From Waddlia chondrophila WSU 86-1044 (GTDB lineage Bacteria > Chlamydiota > Chlamydiia > Chlamydiales > CAMCWV01): a stretch of DNA of 64,000 nucleotides. Below the pieces are notes generated by a model that searched no databases, was not told the origin of the DNA, and saw only the letters and a list, made by a program, of their open reading frames with translations. The position numbers were made by a program, and so were the translations under genes. This document shows, piece by piece, positions 8,621 through 18,138 of the stretch (the stretch's first letter is position 1; the number at the start of each line of letters is the position of its first letter). The DNA lies in contig CAMCWV010000005.1 in assembly GCA_945882915.1 (NCBI GenBank), positions 18,647-82,646 of the forward strand. The letters run 5' to 3'.

Positions 8621-10333
8621 ATGGTTCAGAAAGTTACCACCGGCGGCGACAAAATCATTCAGTGCCTCGAACGCGAGGGCGTGGAGGTCGTGTTCGGCTA
8701 CTCCGGCGGCGCCGCGATGCCGATCTTCGACGCGCTGGTCGATTCGCGCATCAAGTTCGTGCTCGTCAGGCATGAACAGGGAGCCACCCATATGGCCGAT
8801 GGCTACGCCCGCGCCACAGGCAAGCCTGGCGTCGTTCTGGTGACGTCGGGCCCGGGCGCAACCAACTGCGTCACGGGACTGCTCACGGCGCTGATGGACT
8901 CGGTGCCGATGATCGTGCTCACCGGCCAGACCATCACCTCAATGCTCGGCAAGGACGCCTTCCAGGAAGCGGACGTGACCGGCATCACATATCCAGTCGT
9001 GAAGCACAGTTATCTGGTCAAGAACGCCGATGATATTCCGCGCGTCATGAAGGAAGCCTTTCATATCGCCACCACGGGAAGGCCTGGACCGGTGCTGATC
9101 GACCTGCCGAAGGACATCACCCAGGGACCATGCACGGCGCCATTTATCGACACAGTAAACCTGCCGGGCTACTATGTGCCTGCCCATCCCGACAGCGCGC
9201 TGCTGTGCAAGACCGCCAGCCTCCTGATGAAGAGCCGCAAGCCAGTGCTGTACGTGGGCCACGGCGCCGTGATCTCGAATGCCGGCGCGGCGATTCTGGA
9301 ACTGGCAAAGGCACTCAACGCACCGATCGTCAACACGCTGCTCGGTAAGGGCGCGTGCGCGGAGGATCACCCGCTGCACTTGGGCATGCTCGGCATGCAC
9401 GGGACGGCCTACGCCAACCGGACAGTGGAGCACTGTGACCTGATCATGGCAATTGGCGCGCGGTGGGACGACCGCATCACGGGCAAGCTCTCGGGATTCT
9501 GTCCCGACGCGGTCAAGATTCATATCGACATCGACGTGGCGGAGTTCAACAAGGTGGTCCGTCCCGATGTGACCATGGCCGCCGACGCGCGGCTGGCCAT
9601 CGAGGCACTAGTGCCACTAGTGGGGCCTCTCGACACGGCCGACTGGCTCAAAGAGATCGCCGGCTGGCGCAAGCAGTACCCACTGAAGTATGCCAAGAAG
9701 GGCGGCCTGCGCGCGCAATATGTCGTGGACCGGCTCGACAAGCTCGGCGGACGCGACTGCATCATCACGACCGACGTCGGCCAGCACCAGATGTGGGCGG
9801 CGCAGTTCTGTCTCACCACGAAGCACCGCCACTGGATCTCCAGCGGAGGCGCCGGGACGGTGGGGTTCGGATTTCCAGCGGCAATTGGCGCGGCCATGGC
9901 AACAGGTAAACCCGTCTGGGCCATCGTCGGCGACGGCGGCTTCCAGATGACCCTCTGCGAGCTGGCTACCGCGAAGCTCCAGAAGGTGCCGGTGAAGATC
10001 CTGATCATCAATAACAGCTACCTGGGCATGGTTCGCCAGTGGCAGGAGCTCTTCTTCGATAACCGCATCTTAGGGGCGGACCTCGAGGGCAATCCTGACT
10101 TCATCAAGCTCGCTGCGGCCTACGACATTCCAGCCAAGCGCATTACACGCGCGGGCGACGTGGACAAGGCCATCAAGTGGGCGATGGCCTATAACGACGG
10201 ACCCTGCCTGATTGAGGCCGAGGTGGTGAAGGATGACAACGTCTTCCCGATGATCCCGAGCGGAGCACCACTCTCGGAAATGCTCACCGAGAAGCCGAAG
10301 GCCAAGATGAAGAAACCGACGGGGTCGACGTAG
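8621..10333 (+). CDS. ilvB: acetolactate synthase (AHAS) large subunit, ThDP-dependent; GC-rich foreign composition
   Basis: VFGYSGGA, RHEQGA.HMADGYAR, GPGATN and the ThDP motif GDGGFQM...NN. Start chosen at the ATG 8 nt after aaagga; the track ORF starts at 8576. Confidence 0.88.
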   Translation: MVQKVTTGGDKIIQCLEREGVEVVFGYSGGAAMPIFDALVDSRIKFVLVRHEQGATHMADGYARATGKPGVVLVTSGPGATNCVTGLLTALMDSVPMIVLTGQTITSMLGKDAFQEADVTGITYPVVKHSYLVKNADDIPRVMKEAFHIATTGRPGPVLIDLPKDITQGPCTAPFIDTVNLPGYYVPAHPDSALLCKTASLLMKSRKPVLYVGHGAVISNAGAAILELAKALNAPIVNTLLGKGACAEDHPLHLGMLGMHGTAYANRTVEHCDLIMAIGARWDDRITGKLSGFCPDAVKIHIDIDVAEFNKVVRPDVTMAADARLAIEALVPLVGPLDTADWLKEIAGWRKQYPLKYAKKGGLRAQYVVDRLDKLGGRDCIITTDVGQHQMWAAQFCLTTKHRHWISSGGAGTVGFGFPAAIGAAMATGKPVWAIVGDGGFQMTLCELATAKLQKVPVKILIINNSYLGMVRQWQELFFDNRILGADLEGNPDFIKLAAAYDIPAKRITRAGDVDKAIKWAMAYNDGPCLIEAEVVKDDNVFPMIPSGAPLSEMLTEKPKAKMKKPTGST

Positions 10334-10378
10334 CGGGCGCGGCGCCTCTTGTCCTTGTTTTTACTTTTCGAGGTTTTC

Positions 10379-10972
10379 ATGCCATTCAACACTGAAACGC
10401 GCGGCATCCAATTCGAATTCGATCCCGGAAAGCCCCCCCGTCGTCGGGAGGTCGCCGCGGCCGTCAAGCCGCCGCTCCACACGCTCTCGCTGCTTATGCG
10501 CAACAAACCGGGCGTCCTCGTGCGCATCTCGCTTGTCTTCTCGCGACGCGGCTATAACCTGGAGTCGCTGGTCTTGTCGCCGGCGCTCTCCGTCGAGGGC
10601 ATGGACGCGATGCCTGGAGAGTTCTCGCGGATGACGATCACCTGCTCGGGGGATCCCGATAGGCTCGAGCAGATCATCAAACAGATCGAGAAGCTGATCG
10701 ACGTGGTGCATGCCATCGATTACACGGGCAAAGCGGTGATCGAAACCGAAGTGGTCCTCGTGAAACTCAAGGCCAGCCTGAGCGGGCGCACCGAGATTCT
10801 CCAGATCGCCGAGAGCTTCAAGGCGACTGTCGGGGACTTCGGGTTGGAGTCGGTCATCCTCCAGTGCGCGGCGGAGACCGAGAAACTCGACGTGTTCATC
10901 GCGCAGCTCACCCCCTTCGGCATCATCGATCTGGTGCGCTCAGGCAAGATCCTGATGATATACTCCTCGTAG
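10379..10972 (+). CDS. ilvN: acetolactate synthase small (regulatory) subunit with ACT domain; the last codons and the stop lie inside an F1 element
   Basis: HTLSLLMRNKPGVLVRISLVFSRRGYNLESL is the ACT signature of IlvH/IlvN. The gene ends ..ATG ATA TAC TCC TCG TAG within the F1 terminus. The start is uncertain (10349 or 10379). Confidence 0.8.
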   Translation: MPFNTETRGIQFEFDPGKPPRRREVAAAVKPPLHTLSLLMRNKPGVLVRISLVFSRRGYNLESLVLSPALSVEGMDAMPGEFSRMTITCSGDPDRLEQIIKQIEKLIDVVHAIDYTGKAVIETEVVLVKLKASLSGRTEILQIAESFKATVGDFGLESVILQCAAETEKLDVFIAQLTPFGIIDLVRSGKILMIYSS

Positions 10973-11123
10973 CTGAAAATGGGAACTTGGACGGCGCCAA
11001 AGCCCCGGGGCTGAACGATCGCAAGCGCCCTTTGTATTTCTAATACTAAGGCACTTGCGATCGTTCAGCCGCGGGAGCTTTCGCGCTAGTGCAAATTCCC
11101 GTTTTCAACTACGAGGAGTATAT
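10958..11123 (+). repeat. F1 element, long form (about 166 bp)
   Basis: Full imperfect palindrome with central loop ctttgtatttctaatactaa. Confidence 0.9.
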
Positions 11124-11285
11124 ACTCCGCTTAGCTGAAAATGGGAACTTGGACGGCGCCAAAGCCCCGGGGCTGAACGATCGCAAGGGCCCTTTGTATT
11201 TCTAATACTAAGGCACTTGCGATCGTTCAGCCGCGGGGCTTTCGCGCTAGTGCAAATTCCCGTTTTCAACTACGAGGAGTATATA
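11119..11285 (+). repeat. F1 element, long form, head-to-tail with the previous copy (shared TATAT)
   Basis: Near-identical to 10958-11123. The left end is the GCTTA variant and the right end the CTACG variant. Confidence 0.9.
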
Positions 11286-11306
11286 CTCCTCGTAGCTGAA
11301 AACGGG
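11281..11306 (+). repeat. F1 left-end fragment
   Basis: atatactcctcgtagctgaaaacggg, then unrelated sequence. Confidence 0.8.
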
Positions 11307-11388
11307 CCGTTCAAGTACTGAGGGTCAAGAGTACCAGTGTCATGCTGTAAGGCTGCAATTACAATTATGCGGGCAAAGCTCGTCTAAA

Positions 11389-13215
11389 TCACTTCTCCAG
11401 CTGCTTATCGAAGCTCACCTTCGTTTCTTCATAAAGAAGTGCGAGCTGCTCTAATTCAGCAAAAAGCAAATCAAGCTTTCTTTTCTTATCGTCGATAGTC
11501 CTCGAAAGCGTTGCAATTGCAAGGCCATCTCCCTTTTGAGAAAGGGCTATGAGATCATGAACGGCTTTCTCGTTTTCTTGATCGAGTGCCATAACTTCAG
11601 CTTCAATCCGGTCCATCTTCTTCTGAATCGGCTGTAGAGCCTTTGATTTGCTATTAATAAGCTCTGTCCGCTTTTGTTTATTTTCACGCCGCTCTTCTGG
11701 CTTGAGCTTTACTTTTACCGCCTTCTCACTCCCCTGCTCCCAACCTTCTTTCTCCAAGAATTCCTCATACCCTCCCAAGAAAAGATGTTGATTTCCTTGA
11801 TGGCAGATCACAAACTTTGAAGGGACTTGCCGCAAAAACATTTCACTGTGGGTTACAATAACAACTGCCCCTTCAAATGAATCTAGGGCCATTAAAAGCG
11901 CCTCGATAGACTCCATGTCCAAGTGGTTCGTCGGCTCATCAAGCAGCAGCAGGTTGCAAGGAGTTGCGAGGATTTTCCCTAAGAGAACGCGGCTGCGCTC
12001 ACCTCCAGACAGCACAGAGATCTTTTTCTTTGCGTTATCATCAGAAAACATCATGATCCCGCAAATCCCCCTAACCTCCGTAAAGGTCATTCCAGGACGA
12101 ACAGAGGCGATCTCCTCTTCCACTGTCATATTAGGGCGAAGACGTTCAATGTTCGTTTGTCCAAAATAACCAATCTTCGCGTTATTTGAAGCCCTAACAG
12201 TGCCCTGATCAGGCTCAAGCTCCTGAGCAATAAGACGGAGAAATGTCGACTTTCCACGCCCGTTTTTTCCAACAACTGCAATCCGGTCATTCTTTTCAAT
12301 CCGAAGACTAAAATTCTGAATAATAGGAGTCTCGCGCTCATAGGCAAACGAGACCTCATTCACCTCCAAAAGCTTCTCTCCGGGTAAAGGGGCATACGAA
12401 AAATCAAAATCGAGATGGTGAAGCTGGGCAAGCTGTTCCAAAACAGGCATTCTTCCAATGGCTTTGGTCCTAGAGCGCGCCTGCCCCGCCTTACTTGCTT
12501 TTGCCCCAAAACGATCAACAAACGACTGGAGATGGTCTCTTTTTTTCTCCATATTCATGCGCGTCCGCTCATAGATCTCTTCTTCTTGTAAGAGCTGGGT
12601 GTAGAATTTCTCTGTTCCCCCCTCAGTCTTACGGATCCCTTTTCGATGAACTCCGAGTGTGTGCGTTGTCACGCTATCCATGAATTCGCGATCGTGGGAG
12701 ATAATAATCAGCTCGCCTTTCCAGCTGCGCAAAAACCGACCAAACCAGCGGACAGAAACAATATCAAGGTAGTTTGTAGGTTCATCCAAAAGTAGACAGT
12801 CAGGCTCACCAACAAGCACCTTTGTAAGATGAATACGGAGCTGATATCCCCCAGAAAACTTCGCAGGAGAGGCGTAAAGATCCTCTTCCTTAAATCCTAG
12901 ACCAAAAAGGATCTTCTCTACTTTATGCAGCTGGTCTTCATCCTGCGGGCGCAAACCTAAAGCCGCCTCTTGAAGCACTGTCTCTTGGGTGAACTTAAGA
13001 TGCTGATTCAAGTATCCAATCGAATAAAACTTAGGCGCAGAAATTATTCCCCCATCAGGCTTTTCTTCTCCGGTAATCATTCGCAAAAGGGTTGTCTTTC
13101 CTGAACCGTTACGCCCTATCAGGCCACACCGCTCTCCCTTATTTAACTTAAATGAGAGCCCTTCGAGGACCGTCTCCCCCATGTAGCTCTTGTTTAACCC
13201 TTCAACCTGAATCAT
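11389..13215 (-). CDS. ABC-F family ATPase (two ABC domains, C-terminal coiled coil)
   Basis: Two Walker A motifs (GRNGSGKTT, GKNGRGKST) and two signatures (FSGGYQLR, LSGGERSR). No membrane domain. Confidence 0.9.
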   Translation of the reverse strand: MIQVEGLNKSYMGETVLEGLSFKLNKGERCGLIGRNGSGKTTLLRMITGEEKPDGGIISAPKFYSIGYLNQHLKFTQETVLQEAALGLRPQDEDQLHKVEKILFGLGFKEEDLYASPAKFSGGYQLRIHLTKVLVGEPDCLLLDEPTNYLDIVSVRWFGRFLRSWKGELIIISHDREFMDSVTTHTLGVHRKGIRKTEGGTEKFYTQLLQEEEIYERTRMNMEKKRDHLQSFVDRFGAKASKAGQARSRTKAIGRMPVLEQLAQLHHLDFDFSYAPLPGEKLLEVNEVSFAYERETPIIQNFSLRIEKNDRIAVVGKNGRGKSTFLRLIAQELEPDQGTVRASNNAKIGYFGQTNIERLRPNMTVEEEIASVRPGMTFTEVRGICGIMMFSDDNAKKKISVLSGGERSRVLLGKILATPCNLLLLDEPTNHLDMESIEALLMALDSFEGAVVIVTHSEMFLRQVPSKFVICHQGNQHLFLGGYEEFLEKEGWEQGSEKAVKVKLKPEERRENKQKRTELINSKSKALQPIQKKMDRIEAEVMALDQENEKAVHDLIALSQKGDGLAIATLSRTIDDKKRKLDLLFAELEQLALLYEETKVSFDKQLEK

Positions 13216-13287
13216 AATTAGACCTCTTTCTTCATTTCTGGCATATTCTGCTCAGTCTTAATCAAACTTAAAACCTATGAGGTAGCT

Positions 13288-13896
13288 ATGATGCAACAGT
13301 GGATATTTCGTGTCGCTATTTTTGCTATAAGTTTCCTACTTTTTCAATCTATTCAAGCAACGGAGAGTGCTCAAATGAGCAAAACTGAACAAAAAAAACC
13401 AGCAGAAAACGCAAGCAGCCGGCCTGTTGTTCTTATTGAAACAAACCAAGGGACTTTTGAGGTCACTTTGTCCCCTGATATTGCCCCAAAAACCTGTGAA
13501 AACTTTATCGGCCACGTCAATGCCGGTTATTACAATGGACTCATCTTCCACAGAGTCATTCCAGGCTTTATGATTCAAGGGGGAGATCCCACAGGAACAG
13601 GCAGTGGCGGAGCGTCCATCTGGAAAGATGAACCTAAATTTAAGGATGAATTTAGCCTTAAAGTTAAGTTTGACAAGCCGGGGATCCTTGCGATGGCCAA
13701 TGCAGGCCCAAATACAAATGGAAGCCAGTTTTTCATCACGACAGTCGCGACCCCTCACCTTAATCAGCGTCATACGATTTTTGGTGAAGTTACAAAGGAT
13801 TACAGCACAATAACAAAAATTGAAAAAACAAAAACAGGTAATGGCACCCGCCCTATTGAAGATCAAAAGATCATCAAAATGACTGTAAAACAGTAA
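13288..13896 (+). CDS. secreted cyclophilin-type peptidyl-prolyl cis-trans isomerase
   Basis: FHRVIPGFMIQGGDP and NGSQFFIT motifs, with an N-terminal signal peptide. Confidence 0.9.
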   Translation: MMQQWIFRVAIFAISFLLFQSIQATESAQMSKTEQKKPAENASSRPVVLIETNQGTFEVTLSPDIAPKTCENFIGHVNAGYYNGLIFHRVIPGFMIQGGDPTGTGSGGASIWKDEPKFKDEFSLKVKFDKPGILAMANAGPNTNGSQFFITTVATPHLNQRHTIFGEVTKDYSTITKIEKTKTGNGTRPIEDQKIIKMTVKQ

Positions 13897-14005
13897 GCAA
13901 AGAAGGCGCTAGTAAAGAAGTTACTAGTAAAAACTTAGCCCCTGATCTACTCTCTTGGGTAACCAGGTGGGCAGGTTAGGGGGCTAAATAATTAACAGGC
14001 GACCT

Positions 14006-14545
14006 ATGTTTCGTGTTTTATTGCTCATAAGCCTGCTTCTCGCCCCCGCTGTCTACGCCTCTAATAACACGGTTCGCCGCATAGGCGACCTTGGGCAGGT
14101 GGCTCTTCCTGTCACAGCACTAGCAATGACCTGGGCATTTGATGACCTCGGCTTTGAAGAAGATAACGGCTTCATGCAACTAGCAAAAACCTTTGCCCTG
14201 ACAGAGATCACAACACACTCATTAAAATACACTGTCGAAAGCAAGCGCCCTAACGGTGAAAAGCACTCATTCCCCTCCGGACACACAGCAGCAGCGTTTG
14301 CTGGTAGCGGATTCATTCAAAAACGTTATGGCTGGGAATACGGCATTCCCGCTCATCTTCTTGCCGCTTTTGTCGGCTACTCACGCGTAGAAATTAAAGC
14401 CCACTGGGCAAGCGATGTCATCGCTGGAGCTGCTATTGGCCTCTTCTACAACTACATCTTCACAACACCCTTTAACGCCCCTTCTCACGTCTATCCAGTC
14501 GTGACCTCAAATAGCGTTGCAATTGCCTGGCAAGGAAGTTTTTAA
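14006..14545 (+). CDS. PAP2-family phosphatase
   Basis: Tripartite motif KRPNG / PSGH / SRVEIKAHWASD, plus a signal peptide. Confidence 0.8.
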   Translation: MFRVLLLISLLLAPAVYASNNTVRRIGDLGQVALPVTALAMTWAFDDLGFEEDNGFMQLAKTFALTEITTHSLKYTVESKRPNGEKHSFPSGHTAAAFAGSGFIQKRYGWEYGIPAHLLAAFVGYSRVEIKAHWASDVIAGAAIGLFYNYIFTTPFNAPSHVYPVVTSNSVAIAWQGSF

Positions 14546-14554
14546 GGGCAAATT

Positions 14555-15532
14555 CTAAAGAGTGATCCAGCCACTTACAATGGCAGCAAGAGTCATTGAG
14601 GCAATCACAATCCAAAGACAAAAGCCCTGCAATAAAGGCCCAACCCCCATCGTATAGAAAGCGCTACGGTCAAGGCTTGCTCCGATAAAAAACAGCGCAA
14701 GGATAATCATGTGCTCGGCAATCCCTCTGACAAAAAGGCCTGCATGATGGAAAGCCGGAATCCACGTGACAATAGCCGCAGCAATGACAAACCCGAGGAT
14801 GAACCACGGCTTTCTAGTTTTTCTCTGCGGCCCCTCCCCTTTTTGCTTTCTTGAATAAACAGCAGCAATGATGAGCGTAATGGGAATAATCCAAAGAGCT
14901 CTTGCAAGCTTAACCGTTGTAGCCACATCCAGAGCATGCTGACCATACTGTACAGAAGCTCCCACCACAGAGCTTGTGTCATGAATAGCAAGGCCGCACC
15001 AAAGACCAAACTGCGTTTCATCCAACCCAAAGAGATGTCCGAGCTTAGGAAAGACAACAAGAGCTACGGCATTTAAAATGAAAATAGTTGCAAGAGCCAT
15101 CGATATATCATGACTCTTAGCATGGATGACAGGAGCAATAGAGGCAATGGCACTCCCGGCACAAATCGCCGTCCCCCCACCAATTAAGAGAGACGCATCT
15201 GAAGGGGTCTTGAAAAGGCGTCCCAATGCACGGTTGATTAATAAAGTCAAAGAGATGCCGATAACGGTATACCCAATCCCGTACAAGCCAACCCTGGCCA
15301 CTGTAACAAGGTTCATCCCAGCTCCAAGCCCCATAACAGCATAGCCAAGCAGCAGCGGCGTTACCTTCTGAACAAAGCTCCCAAGGGGATTGCCAAACAC
15401 CATTACAAACACAATGCCCGCAACAAGAGCGATGGCCGGTTGCATCAGTTTAGTAGCGGGAATCAGAAAGGGCAAAGCAAACAGGAGGGCGGCAATCAGG
15501 CAAAAAAGAAGCTGCAAAAGGCGTGTTTTCAA
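14555..15532 (-). CDS. YeiH/UPF0324-family integral membrane protein (putative sulfate exporter family)
   Basis: About 10 hydrophobic segments. Overall resemblance to YeiH (GLGAGMNL, TVKLARALWIIP). Confidence 0.6.
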   Translation of the reverse strand: MKTRLLQLLFCLIAALLFALPFLIPATKLMQPAIALVAGIVFVMVFGNPLGSFVQKVTPLLLGYAVMGLGAGMNLVTVARVGLYGIGYTVIGISLTLLINRALGRLFKTPSDASLLIGGGTAICAGSAIASIAPVIHAKSHDISMALATIFILNAVALVVFPKLGHLFGLDETQFGLWCGLAIHDTSSVVGASVQYGQHALDVATTVKLARALWIIPITLIIAAVYSRKQKGEGPQRKTRKPWFILGFVIAAAIVTWIPAFHHAGLFVRGIAEHMIILALFFIGASLDRSAFYTMGVGPLLQGFCLWIVIASMTLAAIVSGWITL

Positions 15533-15675
15533 AAGGACTCTTCCTAAAAACCGGTAATGCTCACCACAGAGACGTGAAGGAAAATACGAAAAAGACAGGT
15601 TTTAAAGAGCGAGTGAAACGAGCTCCTTAGAACTTCTCTCTCTCATATTTTCTCTAAGACAAAAGGCTCAAAGAC

Positions 15676-16734
15676 TTATGCAGAGCAGAGTTCGCTCTCG
15701 CAGCTTGGTTCGCCTGCCTCAGCTTCTTCTTGCTTCTGAGGCTTAGAAAAGTCAGCTTCGTGCCAAGGGTAACTATTTAGCAACTCAAGAATTTCAGGAA
15801 TCGACTTTGAACGGTTGATCGACTCGCGAAGACCCCGAACACCCTGTCCATTGCGCAGGAACCAGCAACCTACTCTTCGGGTGTCAAATATCGCCTTACG
15901 CTCATCCTGATAGGCGATGATGTGCTGCACGTGCTCTAAAAGTGCATCTCTGAAGTGAATTGCTGTACGTGTTATGGGAGGCTCTCCAGCAAAATGGCGA
16001 TGGATATCTTCGATAAGCCAAGGCTGTCCCATCATCCCGCGCGCTAGCAAGATCGCATCACAACCGGTATCGATAAAGATTTTTTCAGCACTTTGAACAT
16101 CCACAATGTCCCCATTACCAATGACTTTAATGTTCTTTGCCACTTGCTTACACTCGCGGATATAATCCCACACTGCCGGCCCTTTATAGCCTTGAGAGCG
16201 CGTTCTGCCATGAATACAAATTGCTGCTGCGCCCGCCTCTTCCGCAATGCGGGTCACCTGCGGAGCTACGATGCTATTAGCATCCCATCCCACGCGGATC
16301 TTGACGGTGACAGGGATCTTTACAGCTGCGACCATATTCGAGATGATCTCTCCGATTAGGTCGGGATTTTTAAGCATTCCAGAGCCGCTTCCATCCTTTG
16401 TGACCTTATCGACTGGACAGCCGCAGTTTAAATCAACGACGTCAAAGCCCAAGTCTTCAATGATTTTGGCACACTCGGCTGCAAGTTCTGGCTTGCTGCC
16501 GCAAAGCTGCCCGCCAATAGGGTGCATAGAGGGGTCAAAGTCGAGGTAGCGGTAGGTCCCGGGATGATTACGCACTAGAGCGTCCATCTTGACCATTTCA
16601 CAGTAGACAAGGCCAGGCTGATACTTAACTGCCATCTTCCGGAAAGGGACGTCGGAGCAACCTGCCAAGGGGGCGCAGAAGACATTGGAAGGCAAAGAAA
16701 GGTTGCCAAGAGAGAAGGGGCGCTTTAAAGACAT
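15676..16734 (-). CDS. dus: tRNA-dihydrouridine synthase (DusB-like); the start codon is embedded in an F1 terminus
   Basis: CAPLAGCSDVPFR, DLNCGCP and IHGRT motifs. The 5' context on the coding strand is ctAGGAGtatATG. Confidence 0.88.
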   Translation of the reverse strand: MSLKRPFSLGNLSLPSNVFCAPLAGCSDVPFRKMAVKYQPGLVYCEMVKMDALVRNHPGTYRYLDFDPSMHPIGGQLCGSKPELAAECAKIIEDLGFDVVDLNCGCPVDKVTKDGSGSGMLKNPDLIGEIISNMVAAVKIPVTVKIRVGWDANSIVAPQVTRIAEEAGAAAICIHGRTRSQGYKGPAVWDYIRECKQVAKNIKVIGNGDIVDVQSAEKIFIDTGCDAILLARGMMGQPWLIEDIHRHFAGEPPITRTAIHFRDALLEHVQHIIAYQDERKAIFDTRRVGCWFLRNGQGVRGLRESINRSKSIPEILELLNSYPWHEADFSKPQKQEEAEAGEPSCESELCSA

Positions 16735-16899
16735 ATACTCCTAGTAGCTGAAAATGGGAACTTGGACGGCGCCAAAGCCCCGGGGCTGAACGATCGCAAG
16801 TGCCCTTTGTATTTCTAATACTAAGGCACTTGCGATCGTTCAGCCGCGGGAGCTTTCGCGCTAGCCCAAATTCCCGTTTTCAACTACGAGGAGTATATA
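16733..16899 (+). repeat. F1 element, long form
   Basis: Full palindrome, followed by a further left-end fragment at 16895-16910. Confidence 0.9.
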
Positions 16900-17021
16900 C
16901 TCCTAGTAAAAGCAAAAAGTATAACCAATGGGCAATAAAAATTTTGGCTATTTTAAATGGTTTTTACTAAGATTTCAATTGAAATAAGAAAAAGTAAGTA
17001 TTTTAAAGAATAAACAGGTTG

Positions 17022-17062
17022 CCCCCACATGAAGGTAACGTGGGCCGCCTAAGGCCTCCTAT
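17022..17062. repeat. F4 fragment
   Basis: gaaggtaacgtgggccgcctaaggcc. Confidence 0.6.
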
Positions 17063-17075
17063 TTACGTATGTTTT

Positions 17076-17320
17076 GCTTGACAACGTTTAACCCAGCAAT
17101 GCTTAAGGAGCAGGGCGTAAGCGAAGCTCTTTGGAGTGCTGGGACCTGTCCAACGCTTTGTTAGGACTCGACATGTCGAGTCCACGCAGCCCTAACAAGC
17201 CACAGTTTCGTACAGTCCTCGACATGTCGAGGACTGATGAAAGCGTTGGACTTGTCCCAGCACTCCAAAGAGCTTCGCTTACGCTTCCGCTCCGGGCATG
17301 CTAACCAACAATCGTTAAAC
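17076..17320. repeat. F2 element, copy c, with extended ends
   Basis: gcttgacaacgtttaac...gcttaaggagc...ctttggagtgctgggac...ggactcgacatgtcgagtcc...cctcgacatgtcgagg...gtcccagcactccaaagag. Confidence 0.85.
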
Positions 17321-17323
17321 AGG

Positions 17324-18010
17324 TTAAGCGCAGACAATGGCGTGGCGGTGACACATTCCTGAAAGGAAGTTCCAGAGCGCATCAAGAACTTTGCCTGCTG
17401 CAAGGCGGACATCATCCATCCGGCCAGGCTGCACATGCTCACCAAGAAGAGCGCGCTCTTGAGCCGCATGCTTTTTATCAGCTGCGATATGAACGCGGAA
17501 GTACTTCCAATCCTTTGGACTTGTCATTCCATAAAACTTCTTGAGACCCTCAATTTTAGATGTGCAAATCGAAGGGATCTGGCTCTCGTAAGCATACAAA
17601 GCAGCGACCCCTTCAGCCACGGTCTGCTTGCCACAGATGCCGCGGAAAGTCGTTATCAACTCTTTAATCTCTGAGTTTGGCTGATGCGCATTAAGTTCTT
17701 CCTCAGTAACGCCCAAAGAAAGAGCAAAGTTTCTCCAAAGATCTGGGTGGTTAGGAGAGCCAGCTTCCTCTTCAATAAGGTTTTGAAGAAGAATCTTTCT
17801 GGTTGCTGCATCTTCGGTGTGCGCATGGATTGCTGAGATATATGTAGGGAACGCTTTAACGTGGTGATAGTACTCTTTAGCATACTCTTTAAGGCACTCA
17901 ATAGACAGCTCCCCTCTTGACCAAGCTAAATAAAAAGGATGCGCCAAAAGGTGTTTTTGTTGAATTTGCTCATCAAGTCCCTGAAGAAAAATCTCATTTT
18001 GCATTGCCAT
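17324..18010 (-). CDS. CADD (CT610)-family heme-oxygenase-like di-iron protein (PqqC/TenA-like; described as a p-aminobenzoate synthase in Chlamydia)
   Basis: Strong resemblance, from memory, to C. trachomatis CT610 (KHLLAHPFY..WS.GEL, YAKEYYHHVKAFP.Y, GVAALYAYESQIP). Start taken at MAMQNE; the track ORF is longer. Confidence 0.8.
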   Translation of the reverse strand: MAMQNEIFLQGLDEQIQQKHLLAHPFYLAWSRGELSIECLKEYAKEYYHHVKAFPTYISAIHAHTEDAATRKILLQNLIEEEAGSPNHPDLWRNFALSLGVTEEELNAHQPNSEIKELITTFRGICGKQTVAEGVAALYAYESQIPSICTSKIEGLKKFYGMTSPKDWKYFRVHIAADKKHAAQERALLGEHVQPGRMDDVRLAAGKVLDALWNFLSGMCHRHAIVCA

Positions 18011-18138
18011 ATTTCGCTCTCTGTTAAAAAGATTTAAATAGTTTACTGACTTTTGCCAACTATGCATCGAGTAACTTTTAATAGCCAATTTTTATCGACC
18101 AATCTATCCTCACAAAAAAGGAAGTGCAGGAGGGCATC

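Noticed and set aside
8477-10947. Many long antisense or off-frame ORFs across the ilvB-ilvN islet
   Set aside because: These are the stop-codon-poor frames expected in GC-rich DNA. Only the ilvB and ilvN frames show recognisable protein motifs.
8582-10972. The GC-rich islet as contamination or a chimeric assembly rather than real integration
   Set aside because: Not favoured. Host-type repeats (F3, F1) lie at both junctions and the ilvN stop codon is inside an F1 terminus. I cannot exclude it without read mapping, so it is listed as the refutation test.
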